DNA from: Hydrolagus colliei
Taxonomy: Eukaryota
Length of the DNA: 64,000 bases
Direction of reading: 5' to 3'
Assembly (NCBI GenBank): GCA_035084275.1
Contig: CM068750.1
Location: 9,672,001-9,736,000 of the forward strand
The number at the start of each line of letters is the position of its first letter. Within the stretch, counting starts at the first letter, position 1. Below, piece after piece: positions 24,816 through 38,511 of this stretch. The translations under genes were made by a program, and so were the position numbers. Under the pieces are notes generated by a model. It saw only the letters and a program-made list of their open reading frames with translations. It did no database searches and had not been told where the DNA came from.

Positions 24816-27800
24816 ACATAAATCGGGCTTCAACTATTTTCCCCCTTTTGGGGGGAAGTGAAGGGAGGGTTCTGTGAAAATAAGTGTACAATATGTAAAT
24901 CGAAAATTTACGATAATTAAATTCTGATATAGAAAAAACGAACCGTTGGCAAAATAGATACTAAACTAAGTCATTATTCGGTTTAAAAAAAAGCACATCG
25001 TATCTCAAAATCACAAAACTAAAAGTGGGCTGATAAACTTTTAATACCACTGTTTGTGAACCATTTACGTAAACCGAAGAAACAGAAATAAATATACAAA
25101 CAAACTGAGAATACAAAAAAACCCCAAATTAAACAAATATATTTTCGCCTCGGGGAATTCAAACTCGGTTGTTAAAATACGGTTGCGATTGTTTCAAAAT
25201 TGTTACAATGGCATTTATTATCTCCCATGTTATGCATTCGTACCGTATGTTGTCTTTCTCCATCACTCCGTAGTAAGTTCTAATTATCTTTATTTTAAAA
25301 CGTCTTTTAACATTTAATCTTTTTACATTTGTGTTCATTATACCTTAAGTTTTGACTTAAGTTTCAGGTGTTTACTAATTTCGTCTTCGTTTTGACTATA
25401 AACATTATTGCGAAAAAAAAGCTATTTTATTTATACATTGTCTGCACTCGTTACCAAAAGTTTAAACCGAAAAAAACTGATGTCAAAAGTTAGTTGTATT
25501 GGCTTTTCTTTATGGCGAGAGAACATTAAATAATATTTAAAAGCTGTTAATATTGTTAAATACTTGAATCAACGCACGATTAAAGTATCGTAAACATGAG
25601 CATATCTTCTAACAAAAGATTCTGTATTAGTGAATTAGGATGTAGCCACAGCGCTTCACATATATATGTATATATATATTTTTTAAAAAGTACCTCCACT
25701 GTTGGAAATAGCACACATATTGAAGAGGGCGAGGCTCGTCGCTGGCCGTTTTGCTAGTGAATTTAAGGAAGTTTTGATACATTTACCATTTCGTTGTGTG
25801 CACTTGTAGTTCCGACAACAACGGGATCCTCAGCCCTCTGATTGTCTTAGTAGTGTTTTTCTTGAAACAGATACTGAACTCTTAATGAATCTCAACACAG
25901 CTGGACTACTCAGACTGAACACTGATAGCTCTAACCCGAAGTTGACCCCAATTTGACACCAGAAGATGAAATTTTACCGGCTGTTAAAGCAATCTTCGGC
26001 CAGTCCCTACTATCTGCTTGTTGATGGAGATGCACTCCATAACCGGACACAGATTTGCATTGTTTGAACAGAGCTATTTGATTCCAGTCTTTTTATTGAA
26101 ACCTCATAATAAAAGGCCGCATTTTGGTATCAAATCTTCAAAGAGAAAAAGACACTTCTGTGGCTAAGTACAAACCGCAATCTTGAAAACATTTGTTTTT
26201 TTTCTCTTCCCCCCCACCCCCCCACCTCCCGACCCCCCACCCCCTCAAAAAAAATTGTTTAAATGAAACAGATCAAGCGTTTTCTTCGAGAGAAAGCAAT
26301 TCAAAGTTTTGTAAGAAACGTAAGTTTTAATATATTCGGGATTAAGTTGTTACAAAAAAACTAGCTGGATGGCAAGAATTAATCTGCTATCGCCGTCAAA
26401 CGTTAATGATATCAAGCGAGGCACGTTGCAGAAATGCAATTCAAGAGCTAAAAGCCTGTATTTGAATTCTATTATTTTACAGCCACCCATTGTGAATCTT
26501 TAGAAAAAAAACGTGAGACCTCTTTTAACTTTAAAGTAGTTCCGTATTGTGTAAGAAATCAACTGAAAACGTTTCGAGTTTATTTATATCAACTAACTAT
26601 TCTTCATGGAATAAGGAGGAACACAGTCTTTCAACATGAATGACGCCTTATAATAAATACAAATCCTTTGTTTTACAATAATATGAGCCACCCCTTTCTT
26701 TTGGAAAACAAACTTTTTGTGCCTCGACACGAAAACTAAATGTGAATCTAGTGTCACGTTAGATATTAGCATCTAGTTAATTTTAGACCTATATTATTAA
26801 TACGTTTATTATTTCCGGGGAGATTAACATATGAAATTTGCCGATATATAAGATCAAATACCTTGCAATGTAACTCCATGGATATTTATTATATGCCTTT
26901 ACAGATTTATCCACACACTGTTTGAATATTTAATTCGCGATCTTATGTTTAAGAGGCAAACATATTCAAACATTATGCAATTTATAATGCCATCATAGAA
27001 ATGGTTAACTGATATGGGACAATACGGCAGCCAACCCCATTTACAAAAAATGAGTCGGAACAAATGCATTTTCAATAGTCACCGATGACTGTCACACAAC
27101 ATTTACTTTTATTTATCACTTCAAAAGCTCCTACTCATCGCTGTTACAAGCACATCGGTTCAGTGCTTTATAAAGGTTTGCAATTTGCGAACGTTTGTCC
27201 CCCAGTTTCGAGTTCCCAACAGGAACCCTTATTGCCACTGTCCATGAGGTGAATATTCACGGGCGGCTCGAATTAAACCCCCGGTTCCATTATAGTGTGT
27301 CACCGCGAAGCTACGTTTACACGCTATACATCTACCTTCCCCTGCGTTGGGTAGTCAGTTACATTAGACGCAAATTAAAACAGATTAATAATGTTTAGCT
27401 GCACGATTAGGCAGGGCCATGACAACTTTACAGTTTGTACTTTCTTTTTGGAAATAAACGCCTGTCTTGTTAGTGAAACACACTTACCACGAAGGACTCG
27501 GGTTTACTTACCGTTCTGTGTAGGACAAGTCAAGTCGCCGGTATAGTATACCAGAAGAATGCTTAGCTGAAGACCGTCTTGCAAAGCTGCTGGATCTTCA
27601 TTAGCTGTAAGCCTCAGTTTTCTCTTTAAAGAGGAGTGGGGAGGGGGAGGGGGGGAACAATGCGTAAAAGTATTTGAGAGCGAATTTTCGATGTTGTCCT
27701 AGATTGTCAACAGTCCCTGGTATGTTCAGGCAAGAGCATGTTGGAATGCCCACTGGCGCTTGTCAAACGCTGCACTATCTTACTTTTTTATGTGAGGGGT

Positions 27801-28939
27801 GTTTTCCCAAACATCATTGTTGTTATGATGTCTCGTTTAATCAAACTGTTTAATTGCAGTGGTTATCACTATCATCGTCCTCTTAATCATTCATTTTTTT
27901 TTGCTTTATTGACCTTTGAAGCTGCAATGTTATTATGTCCCCATGTCCGTTTAAAAAAAAGTGCACATTTCTTTCTGTCTGGCTTGACAAAGTCGTGATT
28001 CATGTTTAATTTTGGAAATCAAATATCCTCTAGACAATGTATTTTGCCATTTTGTGAAACCATCGATATATGATGTCACATGCACAAAAGCGTGCATGTC
28101 CATTGATGAAGCCAGATATTAAACGGGGTAGTCTGCTTTGGCCTTTGTGCGCAAGGGACCATGAACGAGAGGGGGGAGAAAAAAGACAAAACTGCTACAA
28201 TCGATGGGTCGACCATTGCTCCGCCCCTTAACTTCTAGCATCCCCTGTGATTGATGATCGGATGAAGCTATGATAATTGACTGCCATGATGTACGGCTGG
28301 GTGCATGAATTTGGATCCAGCCAAAGGATTGGATGAGACACACAAAATTACTTTCCCTGCAAAGCTCTCTTTTTTTTTGGAAAAGTTCATTTGCGCTTAA
28401 GGGGGTGCGGGAACCACACTTAATTTGCTAAATAACCCCCAGTGCAATTAGGAGGACCATTATCAGGAATTACTGTGATAATGCCTTGGTGTACACTAGA
28501 AACAACAACAAAGAGAGGAAAGGTAAACTCCCGACAGCAAACTCGTAGACTGAATGACTGAAAGCAAAGACAATTTTGAAGCCTGTTGAACTTCAGCCAC
28601 ATCATTGAATTCTGTAAAAAAAACACCAACATTACCTTTCTGAAGTAATCATTCCCCAAATAGAATCACTGACCGGTTTCATACACACAATTAACTAATA
28701 AACTATGTACCTGATCTTATTATTTTTCAAACGGGTTGGTCAAACAAAAAGTATTTTGATTAGTTTATGTTACATTTCATGGTGGGGAACAAAAATACCC
28801 ACAAGAATAAAGACTGGTTTAAGACAGAACGCTCTAGCAACGTACTGTAATACAATTCTTACCTTAACTGACTGACAAGTTTTAAGGGGGAGAGAGAGAG
28901 AAAAAAACCTAAATATCAACAACTTTTTTTTTGTTACAC

Positions 28940-29215
28940 GAGAGAAAAAGAAGAGTGAGTGAGTGAGAGAAAGAGAGTGGTAATAAAATAAGAGAGACTG
29001 TGAATCTTGTTAGAATAAGATGAAAAAAAACTGATTGATTTAGAGATGTGTTTTATAAGCTGATTTTTTTTTCGCACACAGAGGGAGGGAGGGAGGGAAT
29101 GAAGGAGGGAGGCAATGAAGAAGTGAAGGAGGGAGGGAGGAGATGTTAGGTAGATAGGTATGTAGGTGGGTGGGTGGGTGAGTGAGTTAGTTAGGTGAGT
29201 GAGTGAGTGAGCGAG
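28940..29215 (+). repeat. Purine-rich compound microsatellites (GAGT)n, (GGGA)n, (GGGT)n
   Basis: Directly visible immediately upstream of the promoter block. Confidence 0.85.
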
Positions 29216-29489
29216 TGTTTTTTTTTGGCTTCCCCCATAACTTGCAGCAGTCCGACTGCATACTCTGCATATCAGAGCCTGGCTGGCGTACGACTGGCTA
29301 TGGCCACCACTACTTCCGGGTTCCGTCATTCTCCCGCCGCCGCCGCTCAGCGCTGCCAGCGCATTATTACTGACAACACACTCATTCTGTAACCAACCAA
29401 CCTCCCAACCTGCCACCTCCTCAATACTCACTGACAGCCACTTATTCAAACAAACAAAAAAAAACTACGAAAAAGAGAAGCCGAATCTG

Positions 29490-29860
29490 CTGCTTTTTTT
29501 TTTCTCTCTCCCTTTTTCTTTTTCTCTTTCCTGCCCCCTTTCCCCCACCCCCACCCCCACCCCACCAACCACCCAACTCCTTCTTCTCCTTCTTCTTGTG
29601 TGTGCGTGTGTGTGTGTCTGTGTTTGGGTGCGTGCGTGTGTGTGTGTGTTTTGTTTTAAAAAGGGGGAAAAAAAAACACTCCTGCGTGAAACGTTTGTTT
29701 TTCCTTCTCTTCTCCCCCCCCCCACCCCCCCCCCTTCCTCCCCCACCCCCCCTACTCCCCCTCCCCCCCAACCCCCCCCACCACCGTTTCCCATCGCTTC
29801 TGTTTTTTTTAAAACAGTTTTTAATTTTTTTTACCCAAAAAAAACAACCAAAAAAAAGCT
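29490..29860 (+). repeat. Low-complexity block: pyrimidine tracts, C-runs, (TG)n
   Basis: Directly visible; source of the spurious poly-Pro and poly-Gly ORFs. Confidence 0.85.
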
Positions 29861-29932
29861 AGCGGTCCAAAGGCAAGTCGGAGTTTTGCAACGGCAGACC
29901 ATCATTCATTCAATACCTTGACAACCCTACTT

Positions 29933-29942
29933 TGATTGACAG
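29933..29942 (+). promoter_or_regulatory. PBX-MEIS/PREP decamer TGATTGACAG, overlapping E-box CAGCTG
   Basis: Exact match to the established PBX-MEIS/PREP consensus. Confidence 0.7.
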
Positions 29943-29960
29943 CTGGAGTGGCAAAAAGCC

Positions 29961-30011
29961 ATGAGAGACGACAGTTTTGTTACAAGCCGGCTGTTGACGG
30001 GCCGATCATAA
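29961..30011 (+). other. Candidate upstream ORF, 16 aa MRDDSFVTSRLLTGRS*
   Basis: gccATGa start (G at -3), open to TAA at 30009-30011, upstream of the main ATG. Confidence 0.5.
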
Positions 30012-30045
30012 CCTTCAGTAATCTTTTTTTTTGGCTTGACATTTT

Positions 30046-30087
30046 TTCTTCTTCTTCTTCTTCTTCTTCTGCTGCTGCTGCTGCTGT
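30046..30087 (+). repeat. Compound trinucleotide repeat (TTC)n(TGC)n in the putative 5' UTR
   Basis: ttcttcttc...ttctgctgctgctgctgctg directly before the gap. Confidence 0.9.
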
Positions 30088-30110
30088 TGGAAAGAAAGGA
30101 AAAAAAAAGA

Positions 30111-30261
30111 NNNNNNNNNNNNNNNNNNNNNNNNNNNNNNNNNNNNNNNNNNNNNNNNNNNNNNNNNNNNNNNNNNNNNNNNNNNNNNNNNNNNNNNNNN
30201 NNNNNNNNNNNNNNNNNNNNNNNNNNNNNNNNNNNNNNNNNNNNNNNNNNNNNNNNNNNNN
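30111..30261. other. Assembly gap (N run) within the MEIS2 5' region
   Basis: 151 N. Confidence 1.
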
Positions 30262-30443
30262 GTGAGAAAGACAAAAAAAAGACAAACTCCCCTTGGCCCC
30301 CGCTTTTAAACTGCGATAGTGGAGAGGATAGCAGAAGTCGGAAACTGTATTGGAAAAAAAAGGGATCTCGTTGAACCACTACTAACTGGACTGGGGAATT
30401 TTTTACACAGAAGACACATCCACGAGTATAGGAGCGCAGACTG

Positions 30444-30455
30444 ATGGCGCAGAGG
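30444..30455 (+). CDS. MEIS2: MEIS2 coding exon 1 (MAQR)
   Basis: ATG GCG CAG AGG followed by donor GTAGG at 30456; typical 12-nt first coding exon of MEIS1/2; phase 0 into exon 2. Confidence 0.93.
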
Positions 30456-30717
30456 GTAGGTTTTTCTTAATCTTGCAACACTCACCTATCGGATAATCCT
30501 CTCTCTATCTGTGGGCCTGCCCGATTCCTCTGATGTAGTAATGATGGCGGCCCATATATATATATATATATTATTATTTTTGTAAAAAAAACACTGTTTT
30601 AATAGCAAAAGTATAATGTGCACCAGCATGTTCTCCTGTGTTCTCCCTCTGTGCTCTGCTTTCTCGCAAGTCTGCTGTGTTCTTTTTTTTTAAAAAATGC
30701 CCTTAATTCTGTTGCAT

Positions 30718-30767
30718 TTCTCTCTCTTTCTCTGTCTCTCATTCTCTCTCTCTCTCTCTCTCTCTCT
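30718..30767 (+). repeat. (CT)n tract in the exon 2 polypyrimidine region
   Basis: Directly visible. Confidence 0.9.
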
Positions 30768-30793
30768 GATCTTTTACGGTTGCTTTTCTTTGA

Positions 30794-31030
<237 letters not shown>

Positions 31031-32039
31031 TAGGTCATAAAATATATGGAAGTAAAAACCCCCCTCTCACACACAACAACACTTTCTGACACACCACTCG
31101 GCAAGAGACAAAACGAAGAGAAAGAAGGGAGTGGGGAGGTTTGAGGGGTTGAGGGTGGTGGTGGTGGGGGTGAAGAAGAAGAAGAAAACAAAACAACAGC
31201 AACTTCGAGCTTACAAACAAATCAGAGAAAATCCCAAACAAACAAAAAATGGAAAGTTCAGGAGGAATAGGAAAGTGTCTTATGTGTTTCGAAAACTTTT
31301 AATGTTGTGAACTTCGTATCAATATTTTCAGCGCGGACACACATACATACACACGTATATATATATATACATACACACACATTCACACTGTATTAGCTGG
31401 AAGTAGTGGAAGGAAGATTGCTTTTTTTTACACACCTCTAGTGTTATATATTTTAATTTCCCCCCAAACGTTTTATGGTTATAGTTTTGTGGAGTGACCG
31501 GAAGCTGGGAGTTTTTTTTGTGGGGGGGGGGGGGGGGGGGGTATTTAAAAACCACACTGTTTCTGTTGTTGTTAAGTTATATTTTACTTCAAAATGGCTG
31601 CTGCTTTTGTTGCTTAAGTTGAAGGTGAACAACTTGTATGGAGAAAAAAAAAGCTTCTTTTTTTATATATGTTATAAAAAAAGAAATCCCGCACTTCCAA
31701 AGTACTGCCTAGCGGTGCTTTGTTGTGAAAGGCCGATTCTGCTGTTCTCATTTGCTTAAAAGTGCGTTTTGTTTTAGGGGTGGTAGTTAGGGTGGGGGGT
31801 CAACCAGAGGTATGGGGAGCACATAAAGCTCTTTATAATGTCAGGGGAACCAGCCAGCACTTAGTTTGTTTCATTTTTAAAAATCTCTTCCCCCCCCCCC
31901 CCCCCGCCCACTCCCCCACTACCCCCAAACCCAACTCAACCACACCATTCTAGACAATTACACACAGATAGATTCAAGGGATTCTTGTACTTCAACACTG
32001 AAACAATTTGACCGAAATCATCCTCGTCTTGTGTTGCAG

Positions 32040-32181
32040 GCATCCTTTATTTCCTCTCTTAGCTTTGGTGTTTGAGAAATGCGAGTTAGCGACCTGCACT
32101 CCCCGGGAACCCGGCGTAGCAGGCGGCGACGTGTGCTCGTCTGACTCGTTTAACGAGGACATAGCAGTATTCGCAAAGCAG
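32040..32181 (+). CDS. MEIS2: MEIS2 coding exon 3 ([47 protein letters not shown]; MEINOX/HM1)
   Basis: Acceptor gtgttgcAG, donor GT at 32182; 142 nt; canonical HPLFPLL motif of the PBX-interaction domain. Confidence 0.98.
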
Positions 32182-32579
32182 GTCTATCATTTCATCTTAT
32201 TCCTTGCAAACCCAGAAAACAAAATGCTTTGTTAGGCTTTGTTTTCTTCTTAAAAAAGAAAAAAACAAATGATACAATGCTTTGTAGCACTCAATTGCAA
32301 CGACTGTGTTACGCCAGTGTAAACCTAATGTTGAGGTGTCTGCTTGTGAAACGCTCAGTGATTTTTTTGGTTAAAGTATGTTAATAAACGTGTCAAATTA
32401 CAAGTAATTACTTATCATTTATGCACTAATTGTATTGTACGCTCTTTATTCATAAGCCTGCTTTGCCCTATTGGAGAGACTTCAGTTTTTTAAAAATATT
32501 TTTAAAAAGTCCAAAAGCATTGAGTTTTACCAACTCTGAATACATTCCGTTCAAACTAATCTATTTAACTTCTTGTTAG

Positions 32580-32630
32580 GTTCGGGCAGAAAAACCATTA
32601 TTTTCTTCAAACCCAGAGTTGGATAACTTG
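32580..32630 (+). CDS. MEIS2: MEIS2 coding exon 4 (VRAEKPLFSSNPELDNL)
   Basis: Not in the ORF track; read directly. Acceptor tcttgttAG, 51 nt, donor GTAAGG at 32631. Confidence 0.97.
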
Positions 32631-33532
32631 GTAAGGATATTGCGAATTTTATGATTTCTAGATTTATTGACGATTAGTTATTTAGAGAGAGAGAAAAAAT
32701 AAATGGACTTGGCTTGCAGTACATAGAGCGCACGTGGTTGAAGCTAGTGCAGAGCACAGACCCACTCGCTGTGACTTTTAGACCCACTGTTTTTTATTTG
32801 TATTTAAATCATTGGAATCTCAGAACAACCGCACTTCCCCCCCCCCCCCCCCCCCTTCTCCCTCTCTCTCTCCCTCGCTCGGCTCTGTAAAGTGTTGCTG
32901 TGAAGTGTACACAGAAAAGCTTGTAGCGTGAAGGGCTTGCATTGCTGACCGCTCCTCAGCCGCGGGAGGCTGGGAGGGAGGGAGGGAGGGAGGTGGGGGT
33001 AGGGGGGTGGGTGGGCGGGTGCGTGGGTTTAGGAAACAACTGCTTAGCGAGAGAGGCACTTCAACATTCCCCGCACTTTCGACACGATTATTTTGCTAAT
33101 TTAGACGATTTAAATTTTAAAAGATCCCAAAGCCGATTTCAAAGGCCCTTTGAAGAGATTTCGCATTCGTCTGGAGCGCTCCCCCTTGTTATTCCGACGT
33201 TAGGCTCTCTTTGTAATAAAGCGAGCCTTTATGGATGGAGATAGTGCATATTTTTTTCCCCCACAAAAAGTTAACTTTTTGCTCACAATCAAAATGCAAA
33301 TGCAGTTTTACTCCACGCAGATAGAACCGTAAAGTCATTTTATATATATGTGTGTGTATATATATTAAAAAAAACACTTTGCCGATTATAAGCGCTCTGC
33401 TATGTTGTAAGGTATATTTTCCCCATGTCAAATTCTTTCACTGATGAGAGTATTGGATGCTAGTTGAAGGCTTTGGGATACGCGATTTATATTTTCTCTT
33501 TATCGTAACTAATATATCTTATTAACTTGCAG

Positions 33533-33583
33533 ATGATCCAAGCTATACAAGTATTACGGTTTCATCTTTTGGAGTTAGAAAAG
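33533..33583 (+). CDS. MEIS2: MEIS2 coding exon 5 (MIQAIQVLRFHLLELEK; HM2)
   Basis: Acceptor aacttgcAG, 51 nt, donor GTAAAA at 33584. Confidence 0.97.
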
Positions 33584-34377
33584 GTAAAACGCCAAGTTTT
33601 TTTTCCCCCCCAAAAAAATTGCCTTCTCTATTCAGTCCTTTTTGCGATGCCCCTAAAACGTATTATACTGTGGAAGCGCACAATTCATTTCAGTGATTGT
33701 ACAATTTGATATGAATGATGCTTGCTTAAGGTGATTGCAGATCGCGAAACTCAAACCCACAGCGTGTGTATGTGTAGTAGTCTGAGGAAATATTGCAAAA
33801 TGTAAAGTGACAGCAATGCTAGTCTTTTCTGAGCGCGTCTTGATTTTTTCCCCCCGAAGTAAAACCGAAATCACAGAATCCATGGACAGGTTAATTACCT
33901 TGTCTTTGTACTTTTATGTTTTTTTTTAAAAAAAGGATCTTGTCCTTTTAATACCATAAGACGTTTAGTTTGTATGTGTCCAGCTTTAAGTTTTACAGAT
34001 CGCGATTTTTTTTTCTTTGAAATGTATGCGAGTTTGAACATTCATTCACGTTACAGTGTTGCGTAAAACCATTTGCATAGTCAAAATTGAAGTGTTTAAT
34101 GACTTCAAGGCGAACAAACGCCTCACTGGTTTACAAATAATGTGTGGAGTAAAAGATCGCAAATACCTTTCCATCGTGTTTGTTTACCGTTCAGAATCAG
34201 GAAACGTGAATTTAATAAACCAGTAAAATCGGGTTAAACATCGAGAGCAAATATTAATAACGCGACATTTTAGGCTGCTTTACTGTAGCTGCGATCATAC
34301 TGTATTGGGATGCGTGTCTCAAATTTGTTTCCTTAAATGCAAAACACTCCAGGTTTCAGCTATCATAACCGATATGA

Positions 34378-34863
<486 letters not shown>

Positions 34864-34903
34864 TGACGCCTCGGATTGTTTTACCTGTTGTGGTCGATGC
34901 TGT

Positions 34904-34972
34904 TGTGTGTGTGTGAGTGTATGTATGTGTGAGTGTGTATGTATGTGTGAGTGTGTGTGTGTGTGTCTGTGT
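34904..34972 (+). repeat. Imperfect (TG)n microsatellite downstream of exon 6
   Basis: Directly visible. Confidence 0.9.
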
Positions 34973-37900
34973 TTTGCACTGTGTGTTACTTTTCGCTGGT
35001 AGTTACTTTTTCTTGTGGTCAGTCTTGGAAAGTTTCGCCGTTGTTGTCAGATTAATCTATTTTAAAACGTTTATAAGGCCTGTGAGGCTGATGTGATCGC
35101 TATATAACTTTTTGGATTGCAACTCTACTTGACGTACTGATTCCCTCCCCGTGTTGTATTTATTACCGACTCCGCGAATCGCTTTGCCGATGCTACAGCA
35201 ATAACTGGCAATGGGCGTTCAGGTTGTTGGGAGTTAGTAGGTTTAGTACGGTTATGTAATTAGTGGCCACACACGCAAAACAAAATGCGTATTTTGGCAT
35301 TGGACGGTTTGCTACCATATCTATTCTTGTGGAAAGGCATTGGCAGCCGCATATATAAAAACAATCACTTTACGCTCTTTCTGGCGAAGGTTGTGTTCAG
35401 TTGCGGCAGAAAAGAAAATAAAAGATTGTTTTTAAAGCATTTATTTGCACGTGCTGTGAAATGTTTGGTGGTACCAGTGCTCGTGTTGTTTCATTAGTCA
35501 GACTGATCAATATCTGGCCATGTGTTAAGATGCCTGGATGAAATTGACATACTCGCCACAGGATTGTCAGTGATTTGCTTTAATGATACTGTAAAGTTAA
35601 CCGAAGTATGCAGTTGGTTTTGATGATGGTTTTGCATAAATGAGCTATGATTTGATGGGTCTTTTGAAAGAGATACGCCGCGTTTAGTGCCTGCCTGTGC
35701 GCTGTTGAGCTGAGCTGGTGGTTCAAAGTTGGAAAGAAAGGCATTGGGCTTTTTAAATGTGTCTAGGCTGGACTCGAGAGTCAGATCACAGTGCGCGTTT
35801 AATATCGCCCAAGTGTAAGAAAACATTTACAGTGGATATGTATCAGGAGAATGACAACTGAAGGTGTAGAGGGATAGAACTGATAGGTGCATTTAACATG
35901 CTAAACCAGTGTATACTCCCAAGAGGATTAAGAAACTGCAGGATTTTCTGGAATCTCTCCCAGCTACATTTGAAGGGTTACCTGGGGAAGAGCTATAGGT
36001 GTGGAAAATACATTACGGCACTTAGAAACCCCTCGGTCACAGGGGAGGCTGCAGCGTAGGATCCAGTTCTGAAATGCACCAATATCTTGTAACACAAAGA
36101 ATTACAATGTCGTGTCATTTAAAATGACCGCAATAGACATTTTTTTTTGCCTCACTGATAATAGCAACAATAGATTTGGAGACTTGATTGGCACGGGAAA
36201 ACAAAACAAGCACACAATGAGAGCTAAGTATACACTTAGATTTTAAAAAAAATGCTTTTGTATAAATCATGTTTGCAAAATTAGCTTAAATTCTTGTTTT
36301 TTTCTGTTTGAAAAAATATGTCTCTATTTGGTGTAGGGGCAAATATTGAAAAAAGAAAGTCGTGCTAATTCTTCACTATCTGTATAAAATGAATTTGCTC
36401 TATCTTAAATAAGAACAGATTTACTTTCATGTTGATGTGTAGAAATGAAGCATACTAGTGTTTATACAGAGGAGATTAGATAAACTAGCCTGTTTAGGTT
36501 ACTGGCAGATGGCAGATGCTATAGTCAATTTACTGTGTTCCATTAAAAAATTCTAATTTACACACTGTAATGGGATGAGGTTGGGAGGTTAACATTTTGA
36601 TAATATGATAACTGTAGTTTTAGTTACAGTAGTGCAACATTCTGAACACAAAACAGACCAAATATAACAACCCATTTATCTCACACCCGTTAGGGTTTAC
36701 CACTTCATTAAGTATTATAATTTAGAGCCTTTATTTCCTGGTGATTTCAACTATGAAAATTTTTACATCAAACCCCCTGCCATTTGTTTTCAAAGGGGCA
36801 TTAATTTGAGCAACCAGAACACCAGCAGGGAGATCCAGAGATGTATGAAAAATATTCACAACTATGCTTAGTATTTTGTTAATAGCGCTCTGGTTATGCA
36901 TTTTACTTTTTCATTAAAATTCTGTTGATATATACTCTTGTGACTTTTACTATTTGAATTCAGTTATGTTGTGGTCAAGGTGATGTTCCACTTGCTCATA
37001 TATTGTATTAAAATTCCTCGTGGTTGCTTGCAGCAGATTAGTTTCTGCCAGGAGTCTAGTAGGTAGGAACAGAGGAAGCAGAACTTGGAAGAAAGGGGCT
37101 AGATAATCTGGTGGAAAGATAAAGGTAAAGGAAAGTAAACAATGAAAATCTGTTGTTTTCAGTACATTTGTTGGTAATTTCTTGTGACCTTTTGGTCACA
37201 GAAAGGAACACTCCATGTTCTGAGTGATAGTTGAATATGGTAATTTATTTAGTTTCACTCTTCAGGTCTATTTTTTCTTTGCTTTGATATGCATTTTTAA
37301 TACATAACCCAAGGCTAAATCTCAATTGGTGAAAGTTAGTACATTGATGATGAAGAACTATTTCAAAGGATTTGAGACAGCATGCAGTCTTCCCTGTTTA
37401 CCTGGTGTGTAGCCATTCTCCTCCATGGATGTACTGTATTGTTTTATTTGCACATGAAATGGTTGGAGTGTTTGAACTGATTTAGGTCTTGAATAGTACC
37501 AAATGAAAGGAAATGTGTTTTAATTTGTTGTGAGCTAGGATTGCCTTCATTATGGAAGTGACAGATCTGTGACAGCTGCTTGACACCCAGAAAGCACACA
37601 CCTCTCCTTGCCTATTCAGTGGTGTCAATCTGCCACATGGGGAGAGAGATACAACTGCTTGATGACTACTAAATCCTTATGAAGATATTTTGTGCAGGGA
37701 TGGGGTATATCTACATATGGCTATATAGCTCCATGAATATAGTGTTATTTCGCAGATCTAGGACAGATTTTCAATGCCCTTTAATCTGTGAAGTTGCACT
37801 CAGCTTTCATTCATTTATTCACAATTTCAAGTGGCATTTGCATTTTAGTATCATTTGCATTGCTTTTTTAAATAGTCTTCAAAATATAAAACTATCTACA

Positions 37901-38511
37901 ATCCAGTATTAATGTATTTCCAGTCTATTTCTTTAAGCACCTTTGTTTGTAAGTGAGGTGCAAAAATACTTTTCCAAAGATTTGAAGCAGCTTCAAGAGA
38001 GATTTATATACAATCATAATTTTCCCTTCTTGTTCCACACAAAAGCTTTTTATTTCTTGAATTAAGCATAAATGTTTGACCCGCACTACAAAACAACTTC
38101 TAGCATGTTTCCAGATTGCTTTGTTTTCAATCAACCTACAATCAATCTATACTGGAGAAGGTAGTTCAAATATATTAATTCACAATCTCCTTAATGACTA
38201 CATTTCTTTAATTTCAATCAAGGATCAATCTTATGTGCAATCATCAATTGCTAAAAATTGCTCACGCCATAATTTCTGGCTGCAATGCACACACATAAAA
38301 TCAGGTCAGACTTTAATATGTGCACAACAGAGTTTTATGCACTACTCACACACTATGGATCCTTCTTGATCAACATAGTATCTTGGATTTGCATCACCAA
38401 AACAACTGTTCATAACTCTAATTTTCTGTTCTCACATAGTGCAAACTCTCATTCTGTGAGTGGCTTGAGAAAGGTACACAACTATGCAGTTTTGGCCAAA
38501 ACACTGATTGT

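Larger units (their letters stand above)
29215..30443 (+). promoter_or_regulatory. MEIS2 promoter / 5' UTR region
   Basis: CpG-rich block with ETS site ACTTCCGG (29312-29319), half-CRE CGTCA (29324-29328), TGACAG (29432-29437) and TGATTGACAG (29933-29942), directly upstream of exon 1. The TSS cannot be determined from sequence. Confidence 0.8.

Noticed and set aside
24839-24858. Hairpin TTCCCCC-TTTT-GGGGGGAA resembling an intrinsic terminator
   Set aside because: Eukaryotic non-coding context; homopolymer arms pair by chance.
28934-30379. Several 86-171 aa ORFs around the promoter
   Set aside because: They arise from microsatellites, G/C runs or the N gap; low-complexity peptides with no recognisable homology.
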